A stretch of 64,000 nt of DNA from Anaerohalosphaeraceae bacterium (GCA_963675525.2 CAXXSL010000013.1:640001-704000); one strand, 5' to 3'; positions 38,110 through 48,291 are shown, counted from the first letter of the stretch. A program made the numbers and translations. The notes: generated from the letters alone by a model not told the origin.

Positions 38110-39192
38110 TCGCCGGTCGTCAAGGGCGGGATCGAGCCCCTTAACACAACCGGTCAGGATATGAGCAGCCTCGCGGCAGCCGCCGTCGCAGTTCAGCATG
38201 AGTTCGCAATCGCCGCATTGCTCGGGGAGGTAGTCTTTCTGATTGAATCGCTTCCAGTAGGGATCCTGCTTCAGTTCGTTCAGTTGGTCCACATGCGTCA
38301 GGCGCACGGGGGAATGATTGCACACGCGAACATAACCGGAAGGATCAACAACGAAAAAGTCCTTGCCCGCCGAGCAGCGGCTGGAGACCGTCAGCCGTTT
38401 GTACCGTTCGGCCTCGAAGGTGCACTTGGGCAGTTCGGTGCCGAGATGGCCTTCGCGGTTGGCTTCGTTCAGCGTGGTCTCGGCAATGTCGAGCATCTCT
38501 GGGATCTGCTCGCGCCTCAACATGAGCTCGTCCTGATACGACAGCCCCCTGCCGCCGGGTAGAAAACGATTCATCAGCAGATTATCCGCCCCTGCAATAA
38601 ACGCATGCGAGATGGTTTCGTATAGTTCATGGATATTCTGCCGAGTGACGGTTACGCCGACAGTGGTGCCAACGCCGAGGACCTTAGCTTTGCGGAACCA
38701 GTCGAGTACGTTGTCCGCATCGCCGCCGTCGGTATGGTGTTCGAAGGTCGTCAGTCCCGGCAGGGATATGCTCAGGTGAATATTGTGCTGCTTACAAAGC
38801 TGGAGGATATGGTCGCTCATGATTTTGCCGTTGCTGAGCAGATAGAGTTTGGGCGGTGCGAACGTGCTGACGAGTTTGCCGTTTTCGGTTTCGATGTGTT
38901 CGGTTTCACAGCCCGCCGCAAAGGTCAGGATGTCTTCGATGCCCTCTTTAAGCAGCGGTTCGCCGCCGGTAAAGGCAATGCTGGAGATGCCCATCGTGCA
39001 GAACCGCTTGATCAGGTCGATCCATTGCTGGGCCGTCATTTCCTCGCGAACGTCAAAGTCACCATCGGCATCGTACCACGGACACGAACAGAACAGGCAC
39101 GCATGGTTGCACCGGTAAGTCATTTCCAAAACCGCGGTCGCGGGTAAAAACGACGGTGCCGGACGGGAGAGGTTATCGTTCGTCTGCGTCAT
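38080..39192 (-). CDS. Radical SAM/SPASM domain protein
   Basis: CNHACLFC, FTGGEPLL, SPASM CSAGKDFFVVDPSGYVRVC...CGDCELMLNCDGGCR. Confidence 0.93.
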   Translation of the reverse strand: MTQTNDNLSRPAPSFLPATAVLEMTYRCNHACLFCSCPWYDADGDFDVREEMTAQQWIDLIKRFCTMGISSIAFTGGEPLLKEGIEDILTFAAGCETEHIETENGKLVSTFAPPKLYLLSNGKIMSDHILQLCKQHNIHLSISLPGLTTFEHHTDGGDADNVLDWFRKAKVLGVGTTVGVTVTRQNIHELYETISHAFIAGADNLLMNRFLPGGRGLSYQDELMLRREQIPEMLDIAETTLNEANREGHLGTELPKCTFEAERYKRLTVSSRCSAGKDFFVVDPSGYVRVCNHSPVRLTHVDQLNELKQDPYWKRFNQKDYLPEQCGDCELMLNCDGGCREAAHILTGCVKGLDPALDDRRVVQQTPKPI

Positions 39193-39703
39193 CGAGTTTG
39201 ACTCCTAACAGTTCTTCAAGGCGTTGTAAAGAGGCATCGGACATTTCCTCCGTTCGTAACTGTCCATCATTATACTCTTTGATCAGTGTCAGGTCGTACT
39301 CACGGACACCCCATACCCGATGCGGCTGGGGATTGTCCGGGTGTTTCACAATCAAACCCAGCTGTGGATACTCGACGTCCGGACTGCACACTTTGCAGAA
39401 CTGTGATTCATCTAATTCAATGTCAAGAGTATTGATTTGCTGAGCCAGTCGCCTGCATGAATCCAATTCATGGGCAATTATTATTACCTCTGTAGACTGC
39501 TGGATAACATTAGGATCTTTCAACATGTCATCAAAGGCATACAGTGTTTTACCTCCGCAAGTCGGACATATATAATCTGTTCGCTCCAAAGGCAAAGCAA
39601 TCGCATAGCACATCGCACCAGTGCCACGGAAAGGGCTTTTGCGGCAACTCGCCCCAAATACACACAGCACTATCACTACAATCGCAATCAACACATATTG
39701 CAT
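39173..39703 (-). CDS. Lipoprotein with one GAMCY/CPxCG domain
   Basis: Lipobox FGASC; GAMCY, CPTCG, CRRL, FCKVCSP, RLEELLG; overlaps the rSAM start. Confidence 0.8.
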   Translation of the reverse strand: MQYVLIAIVVIVLCVFGASCRKSPFRGTGAMCYAIALPLERTDYICPTCGGKTLYAFDDMLKDPNVIQQSTEVIIIAHELDSCRRLAQQINTLDIELDESQFCKVCSPDVEYPQLGLIVKHPDNPQPHRVWGVREYDLTLIKEYNDGQLRTEEMSDASLQRLEELLGVKLDDADER

Positions 39704-39727
39704 AAGAATACCCTTTTGTGAAAGACC

Positions 39728-40927
39728 TTATTGCGAGTTCGCATCATTGATCCTGACTCCCAGAAGTTCCTCAAGACGCGGCAGCGAATCCTTAAGGGCC
39801 GTTTCGTTATCGGTAACGCCTTTGTATTTCAGTTTGCCATCGGCGGCGGCATCAAGCATGATCAAATCCGTCTGACTGACGTCCCACACACGATGCGGTT
39901 CGGGCTGATCCGGATACCGTATAACCAGCCCCAGTTTCGGGACCTCTGTATGCGGGCTGCAATGATTACAGAACTGCGACTCGTCCAGCGTCATGTCAAG
40001 ATTATCAATTTGCGACACAAGTCGTCGGCAGGCGTCCAGTTCAGAAAGATTCCATGTTACTTGCCAGTGTCGTTGACTCGCTGCATCATCGGCCGAATCG
40101 TCAATCGCATACAGCGTCTTTTCTCCGCAGGCCGGACAGACATAATCGACCCGATTCAGCGGTGCGACCATCTCGTAACACATCGCACCCATAGCAAGTT
40201 CTTTGGGCGGCGGTGACTTGGCAATGATGGCAAGCTGCTTTTGAATATCCTGCCGGGAGAGGTATTGGTCTCGGGGGGCAACCGCCTTGACCCCCAACAG
40301 TTCTTCAAGCCGGGCAAGCCTGTCCTTGAGCGCGATCTCCATATCCTGAAGATCTTTGAATTTCAGCTTTCCCTCAGTAAAAGCCTTCAGTATCAACAGG
40401 TCTGTTTCTGTGATATTTGAAACATAAGATTCTTTGGTCACATCCGGATATATGATTATCAGGCCCAACTCGGGTGTTTCAATATCAGGGGCACATTGCT
40501 TGCAGAACGGTGATTCATTCAGTTTTATATCTATCTTCTTTATCTGCTGAACCAGTCGTCGGCATGATTCGAGAGATCGAAGGTTTTGAGCTGTTGTCCA
40601 ATACTGCATCTTCGTCTTATCATCTGCGGCTGGATCCATGGCATACAGGGTCTTCTCACCGCAGACCGGACAGACATAATCGAGCCGTGCCGGGGGACCG
40701 GCAATATCGTAACACATCGCGCCCATAGCTAACTTTTTCGGCGGCGGTGACTTGGCAATGATGGCAAGCTGCTTTTGAATATCCTGCCGGGAGAGGAATT
40801 TGCCGGAGGTAACGATGATCGGCGTGGGAGGTGTGCCGCCTCTGGTATCCGTCGGTGTACTTTTGCGGCAGCTTAAACCGAACACGCATAGCACCATCAG
40901 GATAATCGCAATCACTAAATACTGCAT
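39728..40927 (-). CDS. Lipoprotein with two tandem GAMCY/CPxCG domains
   Basis: Lipobox FGLSC; internal duplication that includes 57 identical bp (40206-40262 = 40740-40796). Confidence 0.85.
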   Translation of the reverse strand: MQYLVIAIILMVLCVFGLSCRKSTPTDTRGGTPPTPIIVTSGKFLSRQDIQKQLAIIAKSPPPKKLAMGAMCYDIAGPPARLDYVCPVCGEKTLYAMDPAADDKTKMQYWTTAQNLRSLESCRRLVQQIKKIDIKLNESPFCKQCAPDIETPELGLIIIYPDVTKESYVSNITETDLLILKAFTEGKLKFKDLQDMEIALKDRLARLEELLGVKAVAPRDQYLSRQDIQKQLAIIAKSPPPKELAMGAMCYEMVAPLNRVDYVCPACGEKTLYAIDDSADDAASQRHWQVTWNLSELDACRRLVSQIDNLDMTLDESQFCNHCSPHTEVPKLGLVIRYPDQPEPHRVWDVSQTDLIMLDAAADGKLKYKGVTDNETALKDSLPRLEELLGVRINDANSQ

Positions 40928-41035
40928 TTGACGACCCCTTCAGTTTAATGCACCTGTCAATATCAAGTTCATTGTAACGACCCGGAAGAAATCAATCAAC
41001 ACCAAACAAAGTGAAACCATGTAAAATAATTGTAA

Positions 41036-41111
41036 AAAGGAGCGTATGATGAATATGCACCACGGCTGGATTAAATTGTATCGGTGTTTGCTGGAGGATG
41101 CGGTCTGGCAG
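41036..41111 (+). pseudogene. 5' remnant 3 of the replication-protein gene
   Basis: AAGGAG then MMNMHHGWIKLYRCLLEDAVWQ; 48/57 nt identical to 47719-47775. Confidence 0.9.
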
Positions 41112-41140
41112 AAGTCGGGCCTTTTACCCTGCCGCAACCG

Positions 41141-41539
41141 TCAGTCCAGCGGCCAGCCGAAGGGGCAGACGTTGAGCCATTGGCTCGATAGAATTTTCAG
41201 GTCCTCGATATTGACACCATCTTCCCCGACGAGGTCCGCACCGTCGCAGTAGTTGTTGCCTGCATGACACGATTCCTCCAGCCAATACGATGCCAAAGTA
41301 GCAAACTGTTCAAAGTTGACAATACACAGCGGCCCGCCGCCCCAGAAACCGCCGAGCAGTTCGTTCGCCCCGCCGTCATGATACCCCGCATCCGGCTGAC
41401 CGACTGTTCCGGTCAACTGATACGTTCCGCCGCTGCTGGTTCCGCCGCCGCCGTCAATCGTGTACCACGAAATCGAATAATCCGCACCGACCATTGAAAC
41501 CATAACCAGTACTGTTGTTAATAGGATTAATGATTTCAT
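41141..41539 (-). CDS. Small secreted protein (SWYTIDGGGG...GQPDAG...GGFW) with dockerin-like tail
   Basis: Signal peptide, Gly-rich motif, DLVGEDGVNIEDLKILSSQW. Confidence 0.85.
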   Translation of the reverse strand: MKSLILLTTVLVMVSMVGADYSISWYTIDGGGGTSSGGTYQLTGTVGQPDAGYHDGGANELLGGFWGGGPLCIVNFEQFATLASYWLEESCHAGNNYCDGADLVGEDGVNIEDLKILSSQWLNVCPFGWPLD

Positions 41540-41574
41540 TTTAATATCTCCTGTTATTTTAATGATTGATTTTT

Positions 41575-42543
41575 TTAATACCGATTCGGCACATAAATCG
41601 CCGTCATTTTTGCTTTATATATATTTGAGAACCCCATGCTGGAATAAGCATTGCCATAATAGGTATAGGTCCCCGGTGAAGCCACTTCATAAACATGTTG
41701 AACGCTAAATGGAATATGTTCGCCGTCTACCGCCGCTTGAGAAACCTGGACCGCATCGGCTGTATTCGTCTCCGTACCAACACCTGCAAAAATATAACCA
41801 CTGGGTGCACCGATACGTACCGTTCCGGAAAATGTAACGATCACGTAACCGCCGGCATTCAGCGTTAGCTGGACCGATCTGATATTCGTCCATGTTGTTG
41901 GAATATTATTCATGGAGATTTCTTCAGTAAATTCACATCCGGGCAAATTGTTCGCCTTAATATTTCCGTTGACCTCAAGTTTTTCTGAGGGTGTTTCGGT
42001 TCCGACGCCGACATTGCCGGATACGGCAGAATACATATTGTTTCCCGAAATCGTCCAGTCCAAATCGCTCCCGCCATCATTATCTATGCCGTCAGCAAAA
42101 CCGGCGGGCATATTGGCCAGGTTGTTCCAGTCGCTGCCGTCTGCATACATCGCGTAAGGTGTTGGGCTGATCGGTTGCAGCGGACTTAAGGCGACATAAT
42201 CATTCGGGTCGGTGCTTGCTCCCGGTCGCACCGCCACTTCCAACCAGCGTGCGTCGCCACTGAAAACACTGCTGCCGAAATCCAGTTTGGCAATGAAGTA
42301 GCCGTCCAGTACATCCACCTCGTCGGTCATAAGCGTCGAGCCGATTTGCGTACCCGCAAGCGTATTGGGGTCGTCGTACAGCTTAAACTGAAAGTCATAC
42401 ACGCCATCGGCGGCAACATTGTCATCCAGCAGCCGCCCCTGATAGGTGAACGCCGTGCCCATGGGTGCGGCGAATAGCATCACGCTGCAGATCAGGACAA
42501 TCAAACTGATACACATATTTAAAAATGTCTTTCGTACTTTCAT
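41575..42543 (-). CDS. Secreted TAFTYQGRL-domain protein
   Basis: Signal peptide, APMGTAFTYQGRL, RWLEVAVR, GNVGVGT...KLEVNG fibre-like repeat; paralog of the 44204-45650 gene. Confidence 0.85.
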   Translation of the reverse strand: MKVRKTFLNMCISLIVLICSVMLFAAPMGTAFTYQGRLLDDNVAADGVYDFQFKLYDDPNTLAGTQIGSTLMTDEVDVLDGYFIAKLDFGSSVFSGDARWLEVAVRPGASTDPNDYVALSPLQPISPTPYAMYADGSDWNNLANMPAGFADGIDNDGGSDLDWTISGNNMYSAVSGNVGVGTETPSEKLEVNGNIKANNLPGCEFTEEISMNNIPTTWTNIRSVQLTLNAGGYVIVTFSGTVRIGAPSGYIFAGVGTETNTADAVQVSQAAVDGEHIPFSVQHVYEVASPGTYTYYGNAYSSMGFSNIYKAKMTAIYVPNRY

Positions 42544-42628
42544 TGTTCACCCTTTCACAAAACTTTCTTATTGCACTATTTCATGATTCTGAATGGTTGC
42601 TCATCGGTACACATTCAGAGTCAGTGAC

Positions 42629-44167
42629 TTACTGACCGATGACCGCTGTGCCGAACGGGGTGTTGAGCATCATGTGTTTCGAGATCGTCCCGGTCCAGTT
42701 CGAGGTTCCCGGCTTGAAGCGGAGTTTAGTCCCATCCGTTGTTGCGCTCAACGCGGCATTCATCGTATGGAAGGGGTCGTCGTGACCACCGAAACCGGAA
42801 GAAGACGCGTTGAAATCCACCCAGAAACCGTCAATGGATTTCAGCGAATCCCAGTCGACACCGGCAAGCAAACCGAGATAAGTGTCCACCTGCAGTATGA
42901 CTTCGTCCGCATGGCCGCCGCCCTGAGCAAACAGGACTACTGCATTAAAGCCGCTGCTCCACTGCCGTATCATTGTACTGGTGCCGTCGAGTCCGCCGTT
43001 TTTGTATTGATCGACAGGACCGGTTATGGGAGTCCCGTACCACGAATCATAATGGTTCATGAACATCATAAGCGGCGCAGCGCCTGTCACAAGATTTCCT
43101 TCACCGGTTTTGACCTCCATGAGAAGCCCGCCGTAAGGACACGGAACATACGGGTTTAATATGGTGGGATATACGAGATACGGGTCATTCAGGTCGATAC
43201 AGTCCCCCGATTTTACGTATCTGGGTTCTCGCGGATTTTGATCGACACGATAATCTCGTCCCAGGATGACCTCCGTTGAAGGCACCCATATTTCAGGGGT
43301 CAGCACACGTTGGCGAATCATTTCGGTATGTGTATGTGGCTGCTCGGCTTCCTGCTCGATGATTAATGAAAGCAGCATGTAGCCGTAGTTGGAATAAGGA
43401 TCACAATAACAGGGAGCCGGAGTTCCCAGACAATCATTATTGTTATTGGGGTCGCGATCGCATGCAACGGGATTACTCGGATCGAATTGCATCGGCTGGC
43501 TCATCATATACTGCACAATATCCTGTCGGGTCGGCGGTGAGGACGGATAGGTGCCGGTCGCATTGCCGATATCATACAATTTACCGAAAGGATCATACGC
43601 CAGCTCTCTATCCCATCCGCCTCGATGGTTCAACAGATCATCGATCCTTACAGCGGCCAAATAATCGTAGCTTCCATAAACACCGTTATAGGGATAATAA
43701 GGGCTTGAAGGCAAGTGGGCATCAAGAAGACGCCGCTCTCCCATCGGTGACCATTGCCCCACATCAAAAACAAAATCATTAAGACTGATAACCCCATCCG
43801 CAATGAGATGACGAATCACCGCCGCCGTATGCGGTTTTTCAACACTGGCCACGCGCATCAGTGTGTTTTCCGGCAGCGGATCAATCCCATTATAGGCGTA
43901 TCCGAAGCCGCGCTGATAAACGACACGCCCGTTCTTTGAAATGGCCAGGATTCCGGCCTGAAGGCCATGATCTGCCATATAAGACTGCATCATCGTGTCA
44001 AAGATTGCCAATTCCGGCACTTCAACCCCGGTGACAGGCAGATCCGCTTTTACACTGGCTGCCTGAAAAAGTACAGCAATGCAAAAAACAAAAAATACCT
44101 GTTTGGTCAGTTGAAAGACGTTTTTAAGTAAATCATTATATGAAACGAATCGTATTTTCTTTTTCAT
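42629..44167 (-). CDS. Secreted serine hydrolase (beta-lactamase-like family)
   Basis: RVASVEKP (SxxK), LLNHRGGWD, YSNYGY, KNG. Confidence 0.85.
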   Translation of the reverse strand: MKKKIRFVSYNDLLKNVFQLTKQVFFVFCIAVLFQAASVKADLPVTGVEVPELAIFDTMMQSYMADHGLQAGILAISKNGRVVYQRGFGYAYNGIDPLPENTLMRVASVEKPHTAAVIRHLIADGVISLNDFVFDVGQWSPMGERRLLDAHLPSSPYYPYNGVYGSYDYLAAVRIDDLLNHRGGWDRELAYDPFGKLYDIGNATGTYPSSPPTRQDIVQYMMSQPMQFDPSNPVACDRDPNNNNDCLGTPAPCYCDPYSNYGYMLLSLIIEQEAEQPHTHTEMIRQRVLTPEIWVPSTEVILGRDYRVDQNPREPRYVKSGDCIDLNDPYLVYPTILNPYVPCPYGGLLMEVKTGEGNLVTGAAPLMMFMNHYDSWYGTPITGPVDQYKNGGLDGTSTMIRQWSSGFNAVVLFAQGGGHADEVILQVDTYLGLLAGVDWDSLKSIDGFWVDFNASSSGFGGHDDPFHTMNAALSATTDGTKLRFKPGTSNWTGTISKHMMLNTPFGTAVIGQ

Positions 44168-44203
44168 GATATTACTCCAAGCTCTTTTTTATCAATACGA
44201 TAT

Positions 44204-45650
44204 TTACTGAAGCGTTACCAGAACCAGCACCAATCCCTGACCCTGATCCAGTGACGACATCGCCTTGCCAAGGATCGCACCATGGGCTTTGGAATAATCC
44301 GCCACTTTCATCGCGTGTCCGGGCGTCTGTGAAGTTGTCAGCAGGTCACCCGGCTCAATGGATCCGCTTGATGCATCCGCCCTGACATAGACACGCCCGG
44401 TCAGTGCCACGAGGATAGAACCGTCTGCCAATGTACCTTCCTGATTCATTGTCATGCCCGGATTGATCCCGTTGGCTCCGCTGACGATCCCGGCGACGGT
44501 GCGGTCGTAGGCTTTGTTTGCTATCCGCAGTTGTCCCCGGATTTTCCGGATCGATCGCTACCACCATACCGGGTTCGACCGATTCTGCGCCTGCAACCTT
44601 GAACGGCTCGGCCAGATCGCTCCCGCCGGTGATTTCGAGCACACTGACCACCACATTGCCGCTGCCATTATTGAGATAAAGCTTTGCGGCAGCACCATTA
44701 TTACGTGCTATGATCTCGTTGTTGTCTAAGACCATGTTCGTGCTGCTGACTGAACCGGCCACAAGGAAACCGCCGCCGCCTAAAGAGGCATCACTGCCGC
44801 CCTCGATGTGAAGCTTTGTTCCCGGACTCGTCGTCCCGATGCCGACATTGCCTGAAAGCGATGAATATATATCATTGCCGGAAATCGTCCAGCCGGAATC
44901 GATTACAATGCCCGACAGATTCGAGCCGTCTCCAACAAATGCTGTAGCGGTCACTGTTCCAAGAACATCAAGTTTTGTCGTTGGTATAGTCGTCCCAATG
45001 CCCACATTTCCGTCTGGCCCTGGAGATCCTGCTCCTATTTCCTCGCCTCCTTCACCAGGCAGTAGGATGATATCCCCGCCGGGCGCTCCGTTGTTCTGCA
45101 TGGCCCACCCGTCACCTCCATCTTGGGCCTTGAAGACAAGATCGGCGCCCCAGTTGCCGCTCGTCGCCTTGCCGCCATCAACATGCAGTTTGCCCGCCGG
45201 ACTCTGTGTCCCGACACCCACATTCGACAGATCATCCACAAATATCCCGTGCGTCTGCAACGAGTATAGCGCGTATGGACCGGCTGTTATTTCCTGCCGC
45301 GGGCTAAGCGTCTCAAATGGATCGGCCGTACCCGTCGGACGCACACCAATCTCAAGCCACCTCGCATCACCGTTAAATACGCTGCTGCCGAAATCCAGTG
45401 CCGCCGTAAAATAGCCGTCTGTAACTTCCAGGCTGCGAAAAGAAATCGTAAAGCCCAACTGGTTTGGATCTGCAATGGAATCAAACAGTTTAAATTCCAT
45501 CTCATAAATTCCCTCCGCCGGCGTATCATTGTCCATGAGTCGACCCTGATAGGTGAACGCGGTGCCCATCGGGGCAGCAAAAAGCATCATACTGCAAATC
45601 GAGATCGTCATAGCGATGAACACACATAATAAATCGTTTCGTGTTTTCAT
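44204..45650 (-). CDS. Secreted TAFTYQGRL-domain fibre-like protein, with one frameshift near 44538 as assembled
   Basis: APMGTAFTYQGRL, three NVG(I/V)GT repeats, GSDLAEPF. The frame shifts at a G run, then continues VALTGRVYVRADASSGSIEPGDLLTTS...GHAMK. Confidence 0.8.
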
Positions 45651-46000
45651 GATTTTGTCCTTTCTAAAAAATGGTTGATCGAAATGAACTCGATGCAGCG
45701 GTCGCGCACCATCGGCGCGGATAGGGATCAAGATAAGGTCCTGGATTCGGTCGTAAAGAAGTGCCGGTTTTTGTTTTTTCCCGTTCATGTCCCGCCTCGC
45801 TTTGCAACAAAAAGTTTCGTAACGCGATAAGCAGTGTCTCCTTTGGGTGCGAATTCCATTATACCGCAAATCCGAAGGAATTCAAATACTATTAATGAGA
45901 AATCCCCCTCGGATAATTCTGAAAATGAAGGCGGGAACGAAAAACTCCGGGGCCTGCAAACAATCGTCAATCGCCTCTGACAACCCTTATAAAACCACAG

Positions 46001-46171
46001 AAAGGAGCTGTATCTATGAGTACCTCTCACGGCTGGATCACATTGTATCGGTGTCTGCTGGGAAGCCTCCTGTGGCACTGCGGCACCAGCGAACAGAAAG
46101 TCATTCTCGTCACCCTGCTGCTCATGGACAACCACGCTGAAAAGAAATGGCAATGGTAAGGCAAGCCCTGA
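46001..46171 (+). pseudogene. 5' remnant 4 of the replication-protein gene
   Basis: AAGGAG then MSTSHGWITLYRCLLGSLLWHCGTSEQKVILVTLLLMDNHAEKKWQW*GKP*, collinear with the first ~49 codons of 47719. Confidence 0.95.
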
Positions 46172-46229
46172 TCTGAGCAATCATTTACGGGGTATTCTGA
46201 ATCGTTCTTCCCAATACGGCGAATCGTAT

Positions 46230-47612
46230 TCATTGCGACACGAGACGCTCGGCGGCGTACATGGCGGTCTGATTGATCGCGTTGTCAAGGGCCTGTGTAA
46301 ACAGCTCGATGCCGGTTTGCCCGCAGTAGTCGTCCATCGGGTGATCGGGGGAAACAGCCGACAGGATTATTTCATGGGGCATCGGTCTCGGGGGCTCAAG
46401 AATCCAGGGTTGCTGCGTATAGAGCTGATCAAAAAAGAGCCCTTCCGGGTTCGTGTAAAGCAGTGTCCAATCAAACACGAACCTGTCTGTTCGCGCATCC
46501 CAAAGACGGATTCGTGTGGCCACTTCAACGCAATATGTTTTATTGTAACACTCGCGCAACTGGATCCGCTGAATATCGGCCAGCAGCAAACTGCTGCAGT
46601 GATTTTCCGAGACAAGCGATCTCCGGTCTTCGATAGCGGTCTGGTTAATCTCGACGACGATCGCATCGGTGCCCATCGCGTCGGTAAGTTGTTGGCGGAG
46701 TCTGCGGTCGGGCAGAATCTGCTCGATGTGCCTGTTGATCGCATCGACACACGGCTGCCATTTCTCGATATCTTCGGCAGCCCAGGACGAACTCAGGGCC
46801 AACCCGACGGGATAATAGACGATGGCAATGCCTACCGCGCCGATCGCCGCCTGCCCGGACGAACCTCTCACTAAAAATTCGACCGGACCGAACGCCCTGT
46901 CTCTGGCCCGGGCTCTCCAGTCCGGCGAACGAATGATATCCGGTGACTGTGTGATAACCAACGCCGGAAAAACAGAATCTGAATACGTCACCGCCTGACC
47001 ATAAGGACACATCAGTGACCTCCCCACGGCGCCGCCGAATCGGGCAAACTCATTGCGCGCGACTTCGGAAGCATCCTGACGTTCATCGAGGACAGAGCAG
47101 GCAAAGCGCTTATAAAACTTTTCCATCATAAACTTGCTGCCCCCCAGATCGTATTGAAGCGTTCCGGCATATTGTACGGGCTGGCCTGGCAAGACCTGAA
47201 GCCAGAAACCCCCTGCCTGTTCCAGCGGAAAATTCACATCCCGCCCCAGCCATGTTGGCGGAACACTCCAAATATAATAAGAACCCGGCGGCAGAAACAG
47301 ACAAGTCCATTGTCGCTCTGAGGCATCCGGGGCACCCAGTAACAACGCCTGATGTTGTTTCATGTCTGCTGCTTCATCGAACGAGGCAACGGCCAATTGC
47401 AGCGGAACAGACATCATGCCCGTAAACTCTTTGACGGGATTTGAGGGCGCCCCGTTCCAGCGGGTGCGAAAACCGATGAGAACAACAGACTTTTGGCCGC
47501 GGACAACTGGTTGATAATCGGATTCCTGCGGGTAGGGACTGACGCATCCGGTCACAAAGAAGGACAACCCCAGAAAACCCGACAACAGCCATGAGCCCGT
47601 TCGTGTGTTCAT
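46230..47612 (-). CDS. Hypothetical lipoprotein
   Basis: Lipobox FVTGC; 460-aa open frame. Confidence 0.75.
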   Translation of the reverse strand: MNTRTGSWLLSGFLGLSFFVTGCVSPYPQESDYQPVVRGQKSVVLIGFRTRWNGAPSNPVKEFTGMMSVPLQLAVASFDEAADMKQHQALLLGAPDASERQWTCLFLPPGSYYIWSVPPTWLGRDVNFPLEQAGGFWLQVLPGQPVQYAGTLQYDLGGSKFMMEKFYKRFACSVLDERQDASEVARNEFARFGGAVGRSLMCPYGQAVTYSDSVFPALVITQSPDIIRSPDWRARARDRAFGPVEFLVRGSSGQAAIGAVGIAIVYYPVGLALSSSWAAEDIEKWQPCVDAINRHIEQILPDRRLRQQLTDAMGTDAIVVEINQTAIEDRRSLVSENHCSSLLLADIQRIQLRECYNKTYCVEVATRIRLWDARTDRFVFDWTLLYTNPEGLFFDQLYTQQPWILEPPRPMPHEIILSAVSPDHPMDDYCGQTGIELFTQALDNAINQTAMYAAERLVSQ

Positions 47613-47718
47613 GTTAACCTTTCCGGCAATCGTAACGGATCATACATGATTATACACGCCGCCGGTCCCGCAAGACAAGTAAAATCAAACAGAAAACCTT
47701 CAAATAAGGAGCAAACAC

Positions 47719-48291
47719 ATGCATACCGGCTGGATCAAATTGTATCGGTGCCTGCTGGACGATCCCGTCTGGCAGTGCAGCACCAACGAACAAAAGGTTA
47801 TCCTCATCACGCTTTTATTAATGGCCAATCACGCTGAAAAGAAATGGCAGTGGCAGGGAAAGCCCTATATCTGCAAACCCGGGCAGATGATCACCTCGCT
47901 GAAAAGCATTCAACAGAAATGCGGCAAAGGTATTTCCGAAAGAAATATCCGTACAGCATTAAAACGTTTTGAGAATTTGGGATTTCTGACAAACCAATCG
48001 ACAACGCACAATCGGCTCATAACTATTTGTAAATGGATGGATTATCAGGACACGACACAACCCGATGACAAACGTGCTGACAGTCACCTGACAAATGCCT
48101 GTCAAACACCTGACAGTCGCCCGACACTTAACAAGAATATAAAGAATATTAAGAATGAAAAGAAGGGAACACCCCCTGCTTCGTTTCCGCTTTCCTTCGA
48201 ACAACAGGACATTCACCGCGCCCGGGCCGCCAACGCCGAAGCCATGGCCGCGTTTATGGATCATGATATCGAATCAAGTCAACGATTATAA
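47719..48291 (+). CDS. Phage-type replication initiator-like protein (winged-helix N-terminus)
   Basis: GWIKLYR, LLLMANH, PGQMITS, IRTALKRFENLGFL, LITICKWMDYQ, low-complexity linker, NKNIKNIKNEK; TAAGGAG RBS. Confidence 0.8.
   Translation: MHTGWIKLYRCLLDDPVWQCSTNEQKVILITLLLMANHAEKKWQWQGKPYICKPGQMITSLKSIQQKCGKGISERNIRTALKRFENLGFLTNQSTTHNRLITICKWMDYQDTTQPDDKRADSHLTNACQTPDSRPTLNKNIKNIKNEKKGTPPASFPLSFEQQDIHRARAANAEAMAAFMDHDIESSQRL
48066..48127 (+). repeat. Iteron-like TGACA repeats inside the replication gene
   Basis: TGACAAA, TGACAGT, TGACAAA, TGTCAAA, TGACAGT, CGACAC at about 11-12 bp spacing. Confidence 0.5.

Noticed and set aside
5312..44167. Three beta-lactamase-family genes as antibiotic resistance genes
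   Set aside because: The SxxK fold is shared by many esterases and peptidases; nothing in the sequence indicates beta-lactam hydrolysis.
45651..45870. Riboswitch or N-terminal extension upstream of the TAFTYQGRL gene
   Set aside because: No c-di-GMP or other riboswitch consensus is recognised; the paralog and RBS place the start at 45650.
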